64,000 bases of DNA, taken from assembly GCA_963731325.1 (NCBI GenBank), contig CAVSUL010000008.1, forward strand, positions 15,101 through 79,100, in the 5' to 3' direction. The translations under genes and the position numbers were made by a program. Below are positions 9,738 through 18,650 of this stretch, piece by piece. The stretch is from an uncultured Verrucomicrobiae bacterium. GTDB lineage: Bacteria; Verrucomicrobiota; Verrucomicrobiia; Chthoniobacterales; JAFAMB01. How positions within the stretch are numbered: position 1 is the first letter of the stretch; every line of letters starts with the position of its first letter. The notes under the pieces were generated by a model. That model worked only from the letters and a program-made list of their open reading frames with translations, searched no databases and was not told the DNA's origin.

Positions 9738-11107
9738 CGCTTGTTGAACGACTAGCCACGTTTGTAGTGCGCGCCTCATATGACGAACTGTCACCGGCGG
9801 CCCGTGATCAACTGAAGATCCGCATCCTGGACTCGCTTGGCTGCGCGATCGGCGCATTAAAGGGCGAACCGATCCAATTCATACGCGCTCAGACTGAAGA
9901 CTTCGGCGGCGCCAATCATTGCACGTTGGTCGGCGGCGGTCGTACAGCACCAGACCGCGCAGCATTCTACAACAGTGCACTGGTGCGCTATCTGGATTTC
10001 AACGATAGCTTTCTGGCTAGTGGCGAGACCTGTCACCCCAGTGATAACTTCGGATCGGTTCTGGCTGCCTCCGAGTATGCGGGTCGAAGCGGGCGCGACC
10101 TGCTCACGACACTGGCCGTGGCATACCAAGTGCAGTGTCGCCTGAGTGAAGTGGCTCCGGTGCGCGCCAAAGGGTTCGACCACACCACGCAGGGTGCTTA
10201 CGCAGTCGCCGCCGGGGTATCCAAGGCACTTGGTTTAAACCAATCACAAACCGCCAATGCTCTCGCCATCGCCGGAACCGCGTTCAATGCGTTGCGGGTG
10301 ACACGAACCGGGACGCTTTCGCATTGGAAAGGCCTAGCCTATCCGAATACGGCCTTTGGCGCGACACACGCGGCATTCCTGGCCGGGCGCGGCATCACCG
10401 GCCCGCTCGAAGTCTTCGAAGGAAACAAAGGTTTTATGGATGCCATAGCGGGCCGCTTCGGAATCGATTGGTCGAAGGAGGACCTGGAGCGAGTGACTCG
10501 CACCATCGTGAAGAAATACAACGCCGAAATCCATTCGCAGTCGGCCATCGAGGGCGCGCTGGAACTTAAACACGAGCACGATGTCGGCGCCGCGGACGTG
10601 GAGCGGGTTGAGATCGAGATCTTCGACGTTGCCCACAACATCATCGGTGGCGGCGAGGAAGGCGACAAGACCATCGTGCAAACAAAAGAACAAGCCGATC
10701 ACAGTCTGCAGTACATGGTGGCAGCAGCCATTTTGGACGACCAGCTCATGCCAGAGCAATATTTGCCGGAACGAATTCAACGTTCCGATGTTCAGAATCT
10801 GCTGCGGAGGGTCGCGGTGCGGGCGTCGTCGGCCTATAGCCTTAAATTCCCGAACGCGATGCCCAGCCGCATCATGGTTTACCTGCGAGACGGACGAACG
10901 TTTAGCAAGGAAAAGCATGACTACGAAGGATTTCACACTCGGCCCATGACTTGGCGGACCGTCGCCGACAAATTCGAGCGGCTCAGCGGCGGTTTTGCTG
11001 ACCAGGATTTACGCAAAGAAATTCTGGATGCCGTCGCTCGTTTGGAATCCATTCAAATTGCCGATTTAACCAAGCTACTGACCCAGGTTCGGATCGTCCG
11101 TACCTGA
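9734..11107 (+). CDS. MmgE/PrpD-family protein (2-methylcitrate-dehydratase-like)
   Basis: About 457 aa with a PrpD-like N-terminus (..FVVRASYDELSPAARDQLKIRILDSLGCAIGA..) and core. ATG 9734 overlaps the shc stop (ATGA). GGAGG is at 9724-9728. Confidence 0.8.
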   Translation: MTLVERLATFVVRASYDELSPAARDQLKIRILDSLGCAIGALKGEPIQFIRAQTEDFGGANHCTLVGGGRTAPDRAAFYNSALVRYLDFNDSFLASGETCHPSDNFGSVLAASEYAGRSGRDLLTTLAVAYQVQCRLSEVAPVRAKGFDHTTQGAYAVAAGVSKALGLNQSQTANALAIAGTAFNALRVTRTGTLSHWKGLAYPNTAFGATHAAFLAGRGITGPLEVFEGNKGFMDAIAGRFGIDWSKEDLERVTRTIVKKYNAEIHSQSAIEGALELKHEHDVGAADVERVEIEIFDVAHNIIGGGEEGDKTIVQTKEQADHSLQYMVAAAILDDQLMPEQYLPERIQRSDVQNLLRRVAVRASSAYSLKFPNAMPSRIMVYLRDGRTFSKEKHDYEGFHTRPMTWRTVADKFERLSGGFADQDLRKEILDAVARLESIQIADLTKLLTQVRIVRT

Positions 11108-11129
11108 CCATGCCCCGGAGGATGCCACC

Positions 11130-11972
11130 ATGACTGCGCCACAAATTCACGCCCGCGATCGAGCCTTTGACTTCCTGAAAATCAATGAGCGCCCAGCTAA
11201 GCCGCGTGCGCGCGGCGTGACAGAGATTCGCGGACCGTATTACACACCAATGGGGAAACACTACCTCCAGGATGTTCTTGAGACAATGGGCGCGTACGTG
11301 GACGTGCTCAAGTTCGCCGCTGGATCATTCAGTTTGATGCCACGCAGAGCGGTGCAGGAACTGCTTGACCTCTGCCATGCGCACAACGTTCTGGTTTCCA
11401 CCGGCGGCTTTATCGAGCACGTGTTAACGCAAGGGCCGGACGCGGTTACTCGCTACATTGAAGAATGCAAGCGACTCGGGTTCGACATCGTGGAAGTCTC
11501 CACTGGCTTTATCTCGATCCCGACCGACGATTGGCTGCGGCTGGTAGAGAAAGTGCAAAAGGCGGGTTTGAAAGCCAAGCCCGAGGTTGGGATCCAATTC
11601 GGAGCAGGCGGAGCAACCGCCGCGGTGGAGTTGGAAGCCGAAGGAACGCGCGATCCCGAATGGGCAATCTCGCAGGCGAAACGTTTTGTCGGTGCCGGTG
11701 CGTACATGATTATGATTGAGTCGGAAGGCATCACCGAGAACGTGAAAACGTGGCGCACCGACGTGGTCGCAAAGATCATCAACGCTCTGGGATTGGAGAG
11801 GCCGATGTTTGAAGCAGCGGATCCTGAGGTCTTCTCGTGGTACATCAAAAATTACGGCGCGGAAGTAAACCTCTTCGTGGATCACAGCCAGATCATCCAG
11901 CTCGAATGCCTGCGTTCGGGAATCTGGGGCACCAAGAGTCTTTGGGGCCGGATCCTCACATATAAAGGTTGA
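11130..11972 (+). CDS. (2R)-phospho-3-sulfolactate synthase (ComA) family protein
   Basis: Matches ComA landmarks by eye: ..VDVLKFAAGSF.., ..ECKRLGFDIVEVSTGF.., ..FEAADPEVFSWYIKNYGAEVNLF..LECLRSGIWG. GGAGGA lies 8 nt upstream. The gap from the PrpD-like gene is only 22 nt. Confidence 0.8.
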   Translation: MTAPQIHARDRAFDFLKINERPAKPRARGVTEIRGPYYTPMGKHYLQDVLETMGAYVDVLKFAAGSFSLMPRRAVQELLDLCHAHNVLVSTGGFIEHVLTQGPDAVTRYIEECKRLGFDIVEVSTGFISIPTDDWLRLVEKVQKAGLKAKPEVGIQFGAGGATAAVELEAEGTRDPEWAISQAKRFVGAGAYMIMIESEGITENVKTWRTDVVAKIINALGLERPMFEAADPEVFSWYIKNYGAEVNLFVDHSQIIQLECLRSGIWGTKSLWGRILTYKG

Positions 11973-12102
11973 ACAGCGTGCGGCTGCATTCGCCTAAAAT
12001 CGTAGCGACAAGAGCCGAATTTATCAGGCCAAATTGGCCAGCGTCGTCAAGCTAGCACATCTCCCCTTGTCCAGGCGCGTAGCCACACCTACGGTTTCTT
12101 CT

Positions 12103-13092
12103 ATGAAATCGCCCATCAAGATTGCGGTCACTGGCGCAGCCGGTCAGATCGGGTATTCTCTTCTTTTCCGAATCTCTTCCGGTGCCATGCTTGGTCCGGA
12201 TCAGCCTGTTGAGCTTCGTTTGATCGAGATCCCTCCCGTGATGGGAGCCCTGGAAGGTGTCGTGATGGAATTGGATGACTGCGCATTTCCCCTCCTCAAA
12301 GCGACCTCTGCCACGTCCGATCTGGACGAGGGTTTCCGAGATGTCAATTGGGCGCTGCTGGTCGGGAGCGTTCCGCGCAAACAGGGCATGGAGCGCAAAG
12401 ATCTGCTGGGAATCAATGGCAAGATTTTTACGGGTCAAGGTCAGGCCATCCAGAGGAACGCCGCCTCGGACATTCGTGTCCTGGTGGTGGGCAATCCTTG
12501 CAATACGAACTGTCTGATTGCCATGAACAACGCACCGGAAATCCCGCAGGACCGATGGTTCGCGATGACTCGTCTCGATGAGAACCGAGCCAAATCACAA
12601 TTAGCGGCGCGCGCGGGCGCGCATGTATCTGCGGTGACGAACATGACCATCTGGGGAAATCATTCCTCTACCCAGTACCCCGATTTTTACCATGCCCGGA
12701 TCGACGGAACGCCCGCGACTGAGGTCATCAAGGACCAGTCATGGCTCAAAGAAACCTTTATCCCGACGGTGCAACAGCGCGGCGCGGCCATCATCAAGGC
12801 GAGGGGAGCCTCTTCGGCCGCGTCCGCAGCCAACGCGGCGATTGATACGGTTCGCACGCTGACCGTACCGACCGTCAAAGGGGATTGGTACAGTGTCGCC
12901 GTTCGTTCCGACGGTAGTTATGGGATCGAAGAAGGTCTGATCAGTTCGTTCCCGATTCGTACCATCGGCGATCGATGGGAAATCGTCCCGGACCTCAAGG
13001 TCAACGAGTTCAGCAAGGAACGTATCGCCGCCAGTATGAAAGAATTACAGGAGGAACGAGGCTTGGTCGCAGAGCTCCTGCCAAAGGGTTGA
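12103..13092 (+). CDS. mdh: malate dehydrogenase (NAD-dependent, LDH/MDH family)
   Basis: Rossmann N-terminus [24 protein letters not shown], plus [14 protein letters not shown] and [12 protein letters not shown] motifs. The start is set at the internal ATG 12103 of ORF 12034..13092. Confidence 0.9.
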   Translation: MKSPIKIAVTGAAGQIGYSLLFRISSGAMLGPDQPVELRLIEIPPVMGALEGVVMELDDCAFPLLKATSATSDLDEGFRDVNWALLVGSVPRKQGMERKDLLGINGKIFTGQGQAIQRNAASDIRVLVVGNPCNTNCLIAMNNAPEIPQDRWFAMTRLDENRAKSQLAARAGAHVSAVTNMTIWGNHSSTQYPDFYHARIDGTPATEVIKDQSWLKETFIPTVQQRGAAIIKARGASSAASAANAAIDTVRTLTVPTVKGDWYSVAVRSDGSYGIEEGLISSFPIRTIGDRWEIVPDLKVNEFSKERIAASMKELQEERGLVAELLPKG

Positions 13093-13950
13093 ATGCAGAA
13101 CGCCACGGCAAGCGCGACGGCCGAGCGAGTGGCGCTGCACCGGGCCGCCCACCAGCTCTATGACCATCCGAGAGTCTTTGACGATCCTCTTGCCCTTCGG
13201 ATCATCGGGCCGGAAGCAAGCGCGGCCTTGGCGGCCGATCCGGAAGGAGCCCAAAAACCCGCGGCGCGACGGAGGCGCGCCTTCTTTGCGGTTCGAAGCC
13301 GCTATGCGGAAGATGCCCTAGCTGCAAGTTTTGAAAGTGGAGTTCGCCAATGCGTGATCCTCGGGGCCGGCTTGGATACGTTTGCCTATCGAAATCCGTT
13401 CTCTGAATCCGCTCTCCGAATCTTCGAAGTCGATCATCCCGCGACGCAGACGTTCAAGCGAGAACTCCTGACCGCCGCTGGAATCGCTATCCCGCCGAAG
13501 CTTTCCTTTGTGCCAATCGACTTTGAGGAGCAATCGATTTTGATCGAGCTTGTCCGGGCCGGTTTCGATACCTGCCGGCCTGCGTTTTTTTCCTGGTTGG
13601 GTGTAACTCCCTACCTCACCAGAGCTGCTTTTGACGCCACTGTTGAAATGATCTCCGGCTTGCCGCGAGACAGTGGTGTTGTCTTTGATTTCGTCCGTGA
13701 CAGACGGTTGCTGACTACAGCGGAACAGGTTGCTTTGAGCCGGGTTGAATCGCGCGTGGAATTGGCGGGCGAACCTTTCAAGATGTTCTTCGAGCCGGCG
13801 AAGCTGGTCGATGATCTGAGACAGCTAGGCTTTCAACACATTGAGAGCCTTGATTCTCTGGAGATAAACCAACGTTATTTCGCCAATCGACGCGACGGGC
13901 TTCGTGTCTTCGGAGGTATTGGTAACCTGGTCAGCGCGCTAATGGTCTGA
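13093..13950 (+). CDS. class I SAM-dependent methyltransferase (leucine-carboxyl/O-methyltransferase-like)
   Basis: Motif VILGAGLDTFAYR and overall family layout. The ATG immediately follows the mdh TGA (tgaATG). Confidence 0.7.
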   Translation: MQNATASATAERVALHRAAHQLYDHPRVFDDPLALRIIGPEASAALAADPEGAQKPAARRRRAFFAVRSRYAEDALAASFESGVRQCVILGAGLDTFAYRNPFSESALRIFEVDHPATQTFKRELLTAAGIAIPPKLSFVPIDFEEQSILIELVRAGFDTCRPAFFSWLGVTPYLTRAAFDATVEMISGLPRDSGVVFDFVRDRRLLTTAEQVALSRVESRVELAGEPFKMFFEPAKLVDDLRQLGFQHIESLDSLEINQRYFANRRDGLRVFGGIGNLVSALMV

Positions 13951-14046
13951 CCTGCGAACGGAGTCTGCGCGAATCCCCTGGTAGCTTTGGAGGGCGACGG
14001 GTTTTGAAGTAGTTGCATTACGACAGAAACAGCCTACTTTGCAACT

Positions 14047-14295
14047 GTGACTGAAACCCTCTCAATCAAAGTGTCAAAACAACTCAAAGCTCGACTTCGG
14101 TCGATCGCCAGGGATCGGCAGACCAAGCCCTCAACTCTCGTCCGACAAGCCCTTGAGTCGGTGCTAGCCGGCGCTGCGGCGGAGAGCAAAACGTCTTTGT
14201 ATGATCTTAGCCGGGATCTTTTTGAGAACGCGAGAGTCGTTGGTCCATCTGATCTATCCACCAACCGCCAACATTTGGACGACTTCGGTAAATGA
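14047..14295 (+). CDS. ribbon-helix-helix (CopG/VapB-like) antitoxin
   Basis: 82 aa. N-terminal RHH pattern LSIKVSKQLKARLRSIARDRQTKPSTLVRQALESVL. Overlaps the downstream PIN gene by 4 nt. Confidence 0.7.
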   Translation: MTETLSIKVSKQLKARLRSIARDRQTKPSTLVRQALESVLAGAAAESKTSLYDLSRDLFENARVVGPSDLSTNRQHLDDFGK

Positions 14296-14708
14296 GCCGC
14301 GTTGTCTTGGCGGATACTGGTCCTCTCGTCGCTTTGTTCAATGCGGGGGATAATGCGCACCGCTGGTCACTCGCCCGTTTTCAGGAATTCACCGAACCCC
14401 TGATCACGTGTGAGGCAGTGCTGGCCGAGGCGCTGCATCTGCTGCGGAAAATGCCGCCGGCCTCAGCAAACCTCTTGGCGCTTTGGGAGCGGGATCTTTT
14501 ACAGGTGGATTTCTCGGTCGAGTCGGAAAAAGCCGTGATCAGGAGGTTGCTTCGGCGCTTTTCTAACGTTCCCATATCATTTGCCGATGCCTGCCTCGTG
14601 CGAATGTCGGAGATCACTTTGAACTGCATCGTGTGGACTTTGGATAGCGATTTTCGCGTCTACCGGCGCAGTGGACGTCAAACAATCCCTTTGCTGATCA
14701 AAGATTAA
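14292..14708 (+). CDS. vapC: PIN-domain toxin (VapC-like)
   Basis: 138 aa. N-terminal acidic motif VVLADTGPLVALF and C-terminal ..WTLDSDFRVY.. typical of PIN domains. Coupled to the upstream RHH gene. Confidence 0.75.
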   Translation: MSRVVLADTGPLVALFNAGDNAHRWSLARFQEFTEPLITCEAVLAEALHLLRKMPPASANLLALWERDLLQVDFSVESEKAVIRRLLRRFSNVPISFADACLVRMSEITLNCIVWTLDSDFRVYRRSGRQTIPLLIKD

Positions 14709-14750
14709 TCGCAAGTAGCGTGGACGGCCTCGTCTCTGTCGAACTTCAAG

Positions 14751-15077
14751 GTAGGATAAGCTTCCAGCTTGTCAGCTTTTTGAACCGGCAGGATGGGTCT
14801 GTCGCACTTCGCAAGAGCATCGGCAATCCCTCGCTGGCTCGGTTTCCCGCCCCGGAATTGATGAATAACTTCGGACTATCTATAAGGGACGTTGGAAAAT
14901 AGGCCGGCAATTTATTGCCGGTATTCCAGATTGATAAGGACGGAAATCATCTTTAAATCGAGTACCGGCAATAAATTGCCGGTCTATTTTCCAAGGTCCC
15001 TCCGGGACAAGAGGCCAAAGTCCGACACGCCCATCTTGCCGGTTCAAACAGTGACAAGCTGGAAGCTTATCCTACCG
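14751..15077. repeat. nested palindromic mosaic element (family B arms enclosing family C arms)
   Basis: B arm 14751-14797 pairs with 15031-15077. Inner arms gggacgttggaaaataggccggcaatttattgccggta (about 14888-14925) pair with taccggcaataaattgccggtctattttccaaggtccc (about 14952-14998). Confidence 0.85.
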
Positions 15078-15191
15078 TGAAGTCCGACAGACCCGGTCTC
15101 GTCAAAAGGGCGGCCAAGCTCTGAAGGAGCGGGTTCAAATCTCGTCATAAGGGAATAAAGCTGGCCAGAAAACGATAGATAACTGTGACAT

Positions 15192-15470
15192 ATGAAAGTT
15201 TCCTTTTGTACAGTTAGTGCGGCACCTCACTCTATCAAGGCCCGGATTGGCCGCCGAAAATGGTTTTACAATCTTCCCAGGCGTATCGGTGGAACGCTAA
15301 CATTAGCTGGTCTTCTTTGCGTTCTAACCGGCTGTTCGACCACCGACGGCGGCTTGCCTGCGAGATTGATGAGTCCAAGCACGGTCCAGCCAGGCCAGGA
15401 GAGAACCGAGCCCGACTTTGGTTACCAATTTCCCAGAAGCCCCGGGTTCAACGATCTGACAGGTAGCTAA
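15192..15470 (+). CDS. small putative lipoprotein
   Basis: 92-aa ORF with a signal-like segment and lipobox (..LAGLLCVLTGCSTTDG..). No recognisable family. Confidence 0.4.
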   Translation: MKVSFCTVSAAPHSIKARIGRRKWFYNLPRRIGGTLTLAGLLCVLTGCSTTDGGLPARLMSPSTVQPGQERTEPDFGYQFPRSPGFNDLTGS

Positions 15471-15796
15471 CTTCAGGCAGCCCGAGGGTTGGAAGGAGAA
15501 TTCGCATGTATTCATTTGCTCTGTTCCTGATTCAGCTGCGAGCGGCTACCGAACGACTGCAAGATCAGCTGAAGGAATCCGAAACGATGCCTTTGGATGA
15601 AGGAAGTACCGAGTTGATACGCGAAAGCGTCCGAAAAACTCTGGAGCCATCGAAGCACGAATGCAGAAGTCAGACCGATAAAAAGCCAGGTAGCTATGGC
15701 ACCGAAATGGTCCACCATGACTAACAAGCCGTCCTTCTCCATCATCCCGATCGTCCGGCTCAAACGAGTCTCGCTAAGGCTCGGATAAAGCGGTTG

Positions 15797-15957
15797 TCTC
15801 GCAACGTGTCTCTCACTCTATCGCGCGGCAGTTCGGGCAGGAGCACCTTGGAGTGCGTGCGACTTGTCGCCGCTTTGAGACCGCGCGGAGCCGACTATCA
15901 ACTAACGGGTCTTTTCGCGGAGAGAGAACGAAGCCCGTCGCAGATCGATCCTCGGTC
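15797..15957. repeat. dispersed repeat family A ('ECVRLVAAL' element), one-armed/truncated copy
   Basis: Sequence ctcgcaacgtgtctct.actctatcgcgcggcagttcgggcaggagca.cttggagtgcgtgcgacttgtcgccgctttgaga.. It is collinear with 57988-58230, including the shared spacer ttttcgcggag.gaacgaag..atcgatcctcggtca. Confidence 0.85.
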
Positions 15958-16029
15958 AGGGGGCCGGAGACGTCGCATTGATCGCCGCCGAAATCGTGGG
16001 TGAGTCATGGGCATCTGTTTTGTGAAGTG

Positions 16030-16300
16030 CAATCGGAGATGGAGAGCGATCGCCAATAGCCACTTGGCTTGTCGAAAGTCTTCGCACTTTGCTGCCGCAA
16101 ATTATTCAGCGAGGCTGGTCATCGGAGGACGCAGTAGACATCGATAGTCTGGAAAACCGTCTCCACACCGTGGCGAGCACAATTCACGGTCAAGTCTCTG
16201 CCCCCCGACAAGTGTGCGCCTGGGTCAGAGTGCCGTCCTAGTCAAGATGCACGTCGATTCCGACGCGGTGATAGTCGCTGCGCTCCAGGCGAATTATCAC
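16030..16300 (-). pseudogene. possible IS110-family transposase N-terminal remnant (multiple frame breaks)
   Basis: Minus strand: GTG at 16300 gives MIIRLERSDYHRVGIDVHLD*, which carries the GIDV(H/S)K-type start of IS110 DEDD transposases. Downstream fragments lie in other frames (..HGVETVFQTIDV.., ..PSGYWRSL..). The match is weak and motif-level only. Confidence 0.3.
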
Positions 16301-16445
16301 CGCGACCGTTCGTCTCAACTTTCTGTCGACGCCGTTGAGACAACGATCGCGGCAATTGGGACACAATCATCTTGCGGCAAAAGTTTCGTGATAGTTCTGC
16401 TGCAGCAATTTACACCGACAATCATTCAACAACAGGTAGGTAGAC

Positions 16446-16592
16446 ATGACATTCAAACAAAATCCTTTAACGAATTCCCAATCCGTTCACGGGAGTAAGA
16501 ACGAAGGGTCCGAAATCACGCCGGGAGATATCGATGAAATGTTCCGAATGATCGCTGAGAGCGGCGATGATAACATCACGGCCCTTTTGTAA
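16446..16592 (+). CDS. hypothetical 48-aa ORF upstream of cupin gene
   Basis: ATG preceded by aggtaggtagac. Product is MTFKQNPLTNSQSVHGSKNEGSEITPGDIDEMFRMIAESGDDNITALL. No family recognised, and it may be non-coding. Confidence 0.2.
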   Translation: MTFKQNPLTNSQSVHGSKNEGSEITPGDIDEMFRMIAESGDDNITALL

Positions 16593-16669
16593 AAGTTCGG
16601 TACCAGAATAGTGGATCCAACACTGTTAGACAACATTTATACGAGATTCTCACCCCGGTCTTGCAGGCT

Positions 16670-17194
16670 ATGAAGAGTCTTTCAATTAAGTCGTTTCCGC
16701 GGGTAATTCATGAGTCTCGTTGCGGCATGCTCGGGGTGTTAGGAGTAGGTGTTCAGTTTTTAGTTGGTCCGCAACCAGACGATGAGGACCGATGCATAAT
16801 AAGAGGAACCATGCCTCCGGGCGTTTCAGTACCGATGCACAGTCACAAGGCTGTGGAAGTTTTCTTCGTCCTCTCGGGAAATATTGAAGTACTTATTGAA
16901 AACGACGGAAGGATGCAGTGGGTGGAAGCCACGGCAGGAACGCTCATTGAAATTCCCGGTAATGCGAAACACGCGTTTAGGAACCGCTCACAACATCCGG
17001 TGATCAACTTGCTGTATACGACGTCGGAGCACGGACGTTACTTTCAAGAAATCGGCCAACCAGTGGCCGCTGGAGAAAGCGTTAGCCCACCAACTCCGGA
17101 TGAAGTTCAGCGTCTCCTGAAGACGGCGCAAGCTTATGGCTACTGGTTTGCGACCCCGGAAGAGAATGCATCAGTCGGCATTACTCTCCTCTAG
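16670..17194 (+). CDS. cupin-domain protein
   Basis: Cupin motifs ..PMHSHKAVEVFFVLSGNIEV.. and ..IPGNAKHAFRN... The start is set at ATG 16670 within ORF 16661..17194. Confidence 0.7.
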   Translation: MKSLSIKSFPRVIHESRCGMLGVLGVGVQFLVGPQPDDEDRCIIRGTMPPGVSVPMHSHKAVEVFFVLSGNIEVLIENDGRMQWVEATAGTLIEIPGNAKHAFRNRSQHPVINLLYTTSEHGRYFQEIGQPVAAGESVSPPTPDEVQRLLKTAQAYGYWFATPEENASVGITLL

Positions 17195-17995
17195 ATACGC
17201 GCTCGGCGCTCGAAGTTCCCTTCTTCATCATTCAAACAAAAATCGGTCTCACTATGAGAGCAATCCGTTTTCTCAACTCCTTCTTTTTCACGTTCGTGCA
17301 AGACATAGTGAAACATTTCCTGACCCTCTTTCGATTCACCGAAGCGGATGTGTGCGCTTCCGGATATAGCTCTGGCGCATGGAGGAGGTGGAGGTGGTCA
17401 CGGAGGAGGGGGAGTGGATTAGGTGCCGGTCGTGGGGTAGGTGGGAGGGACTTGTGAGTCAACATCCGTCGCATACTGAGCTGCTGTTACGGTGCGGTTT
17501 TCGGCCGAGCTATGTCGGGCTTTTCTGCGTACCAACACGGCTTCCGTCCAGCAAGGTTGAGCATTGCTGCTTCCGGTCTCGACGGCTAAAGCTATTCGTG
17601 TCACCGGACGACGCCAACTCAGGTAAATGGCTTTTCCCGTTTTGCGACTGCGAGGGTAGAAGATTGAGCCTGATGCGGTCAAGAAGTTTGCCCGACGACA
17701 TCGGGCGCGTGCCGATTGGGCGAGAATTTAGAAGCTATCTCGCAAGAAGATTTTACGATGCTGCGCGGACAATTCGCCCGCACTCCACGACGCTCCTGGC
17801 CAAACAGACTTTTGTCATACGGCGAACCGTAGTCCCGCCACTACTTTTGAAGGATGGATTCTCGGGACCGGCAATGCCGGTGCCGGAAACGAGCACCGAT
17901 TGATTGGGAGATGCAGCAGTTGCGTCAATCATCCACTGTCGAGATTATAAAGCATTGAATGCTTCCGCAGTAAATTGTCACAACAACGATCAAGA

Positions 17996-18105
17996 CTGGC
18001 ACTGGCACTGGCACTGGCATGGCCGATGACCAATGACCGATTACCGATGGCCGATTACCGATAACTGATAACTGATGACCGATCACCGGCACCGGCACCG
18101 GCACT
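17996..18105. repeat. composite tandem array: GGCACT hexamers, then ATGACCG-type heptamers, then GGCACC hexamers
   Basis: The array reads (ctggca)x4, then ggccgat gaccaat gaccgat taccgat ggccgat taccgat aactgat aactgat gaccgat, then caccggc accggc accggc actg. Confidence 0.9.
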
Positions 18106-18491
18106 GAAAAATGAACTCCCCAGCTGAAAGCTCAATCGATCTTTATGTCCAGATAACCGCAACGCCGAAGAAGCCGGGTTCTCTGAAGACAGTCATCGTC
18201 TTTGTGCCCCGGAAGAATATCGCCAGATCCAGAGAAGACACGCACACGGCCGATTCCCGGACGATTGCGCGAAATTTGGCGGACCCGATTGCCCGGAATG
18301 TTTTCACACATCGGGCGACCTTCGGTCCCTTCCAGCTCGCCTATCTATTTTTCGACGCGCCGCCTCCCGAGATCGTGGGACAGCCGCCGGAATTCGTCCA
18401 GGGTGACCTCAAAGCGTGGATCATTTAGCGAAGGTTTGTCTTACGGGCATGTGCCGGTAGGGCATAGCGCTGTTGCTCCGGAGGGTTCGGC

Positions 18492-18650
18492 GTGTACACG
18501 GAAGCTTCAGGGAACGAGGAGCCGGGCCTTTGTCGAGATCCGTTCGACCGACTGTTGATAGCTCAAGCCATCCTGCACGGATGGCTGCAGACCACGGCCG
18601 AGTACGCAGTGCCAAATATTCTGCGCGCATTTTTGACTCCAGAGTTTGAA
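18492..18650 (+). pseudogene. C-terminal remnant of a PIN-domain (VapC-type) toxin
   Basis: ..RDPFDRLLIAQAILHG.. is the conserved C-terminal PIN motif. No intact N-terminal PIN half lies upstream in any frame. Confidence 0.4.

Noticed and set aside
10334-10936. 200-aa minus-strand ORF inside the PrpD-like gene
   Set aside because: It is antisense to a gene with clear family motifs and has no motifs of its own.
14034-14360. 108-aa minus-strand ORF
   Set aside because: It is antisense to the RHH antitoxin/PIN toxin pair, which has clear motifs and operon structure.
15125-15150. GGTTCAAATC T-loop-like sequence as a possible tRNA
   Set aside because: The flanking bases do not form a T-stem (gcggg versus ctcgt), and no acceptor, D or anticodon arms can be drawn.
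15506-15763. Competing ORFs 15506..15724 (+) and 15512..15763 (-)
   Set aside because: They are mutually exclusive, with no family resemblance for either. The minus ORF has one hydrophobic segment, but there is no other support. Left unannotated.
17379-17903. 174-aa plus-strand ORF in the gene desert
   Set aside because: Its Arg/Cys/Ser-rich composition is unlike real proteins. It has no RBS or family resemblance, and it contains a degenerate family A repeat copy (about 17775-17800).
18111-18428. 105-aa plus-strand ORF directly after the composite tandem array
   Set aside because: No recognisable family on either strand. Its start codon abuts the repeat array and the region neighbours a PIN stump, so it is possibly a remnant. 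Evidence is insufficient.
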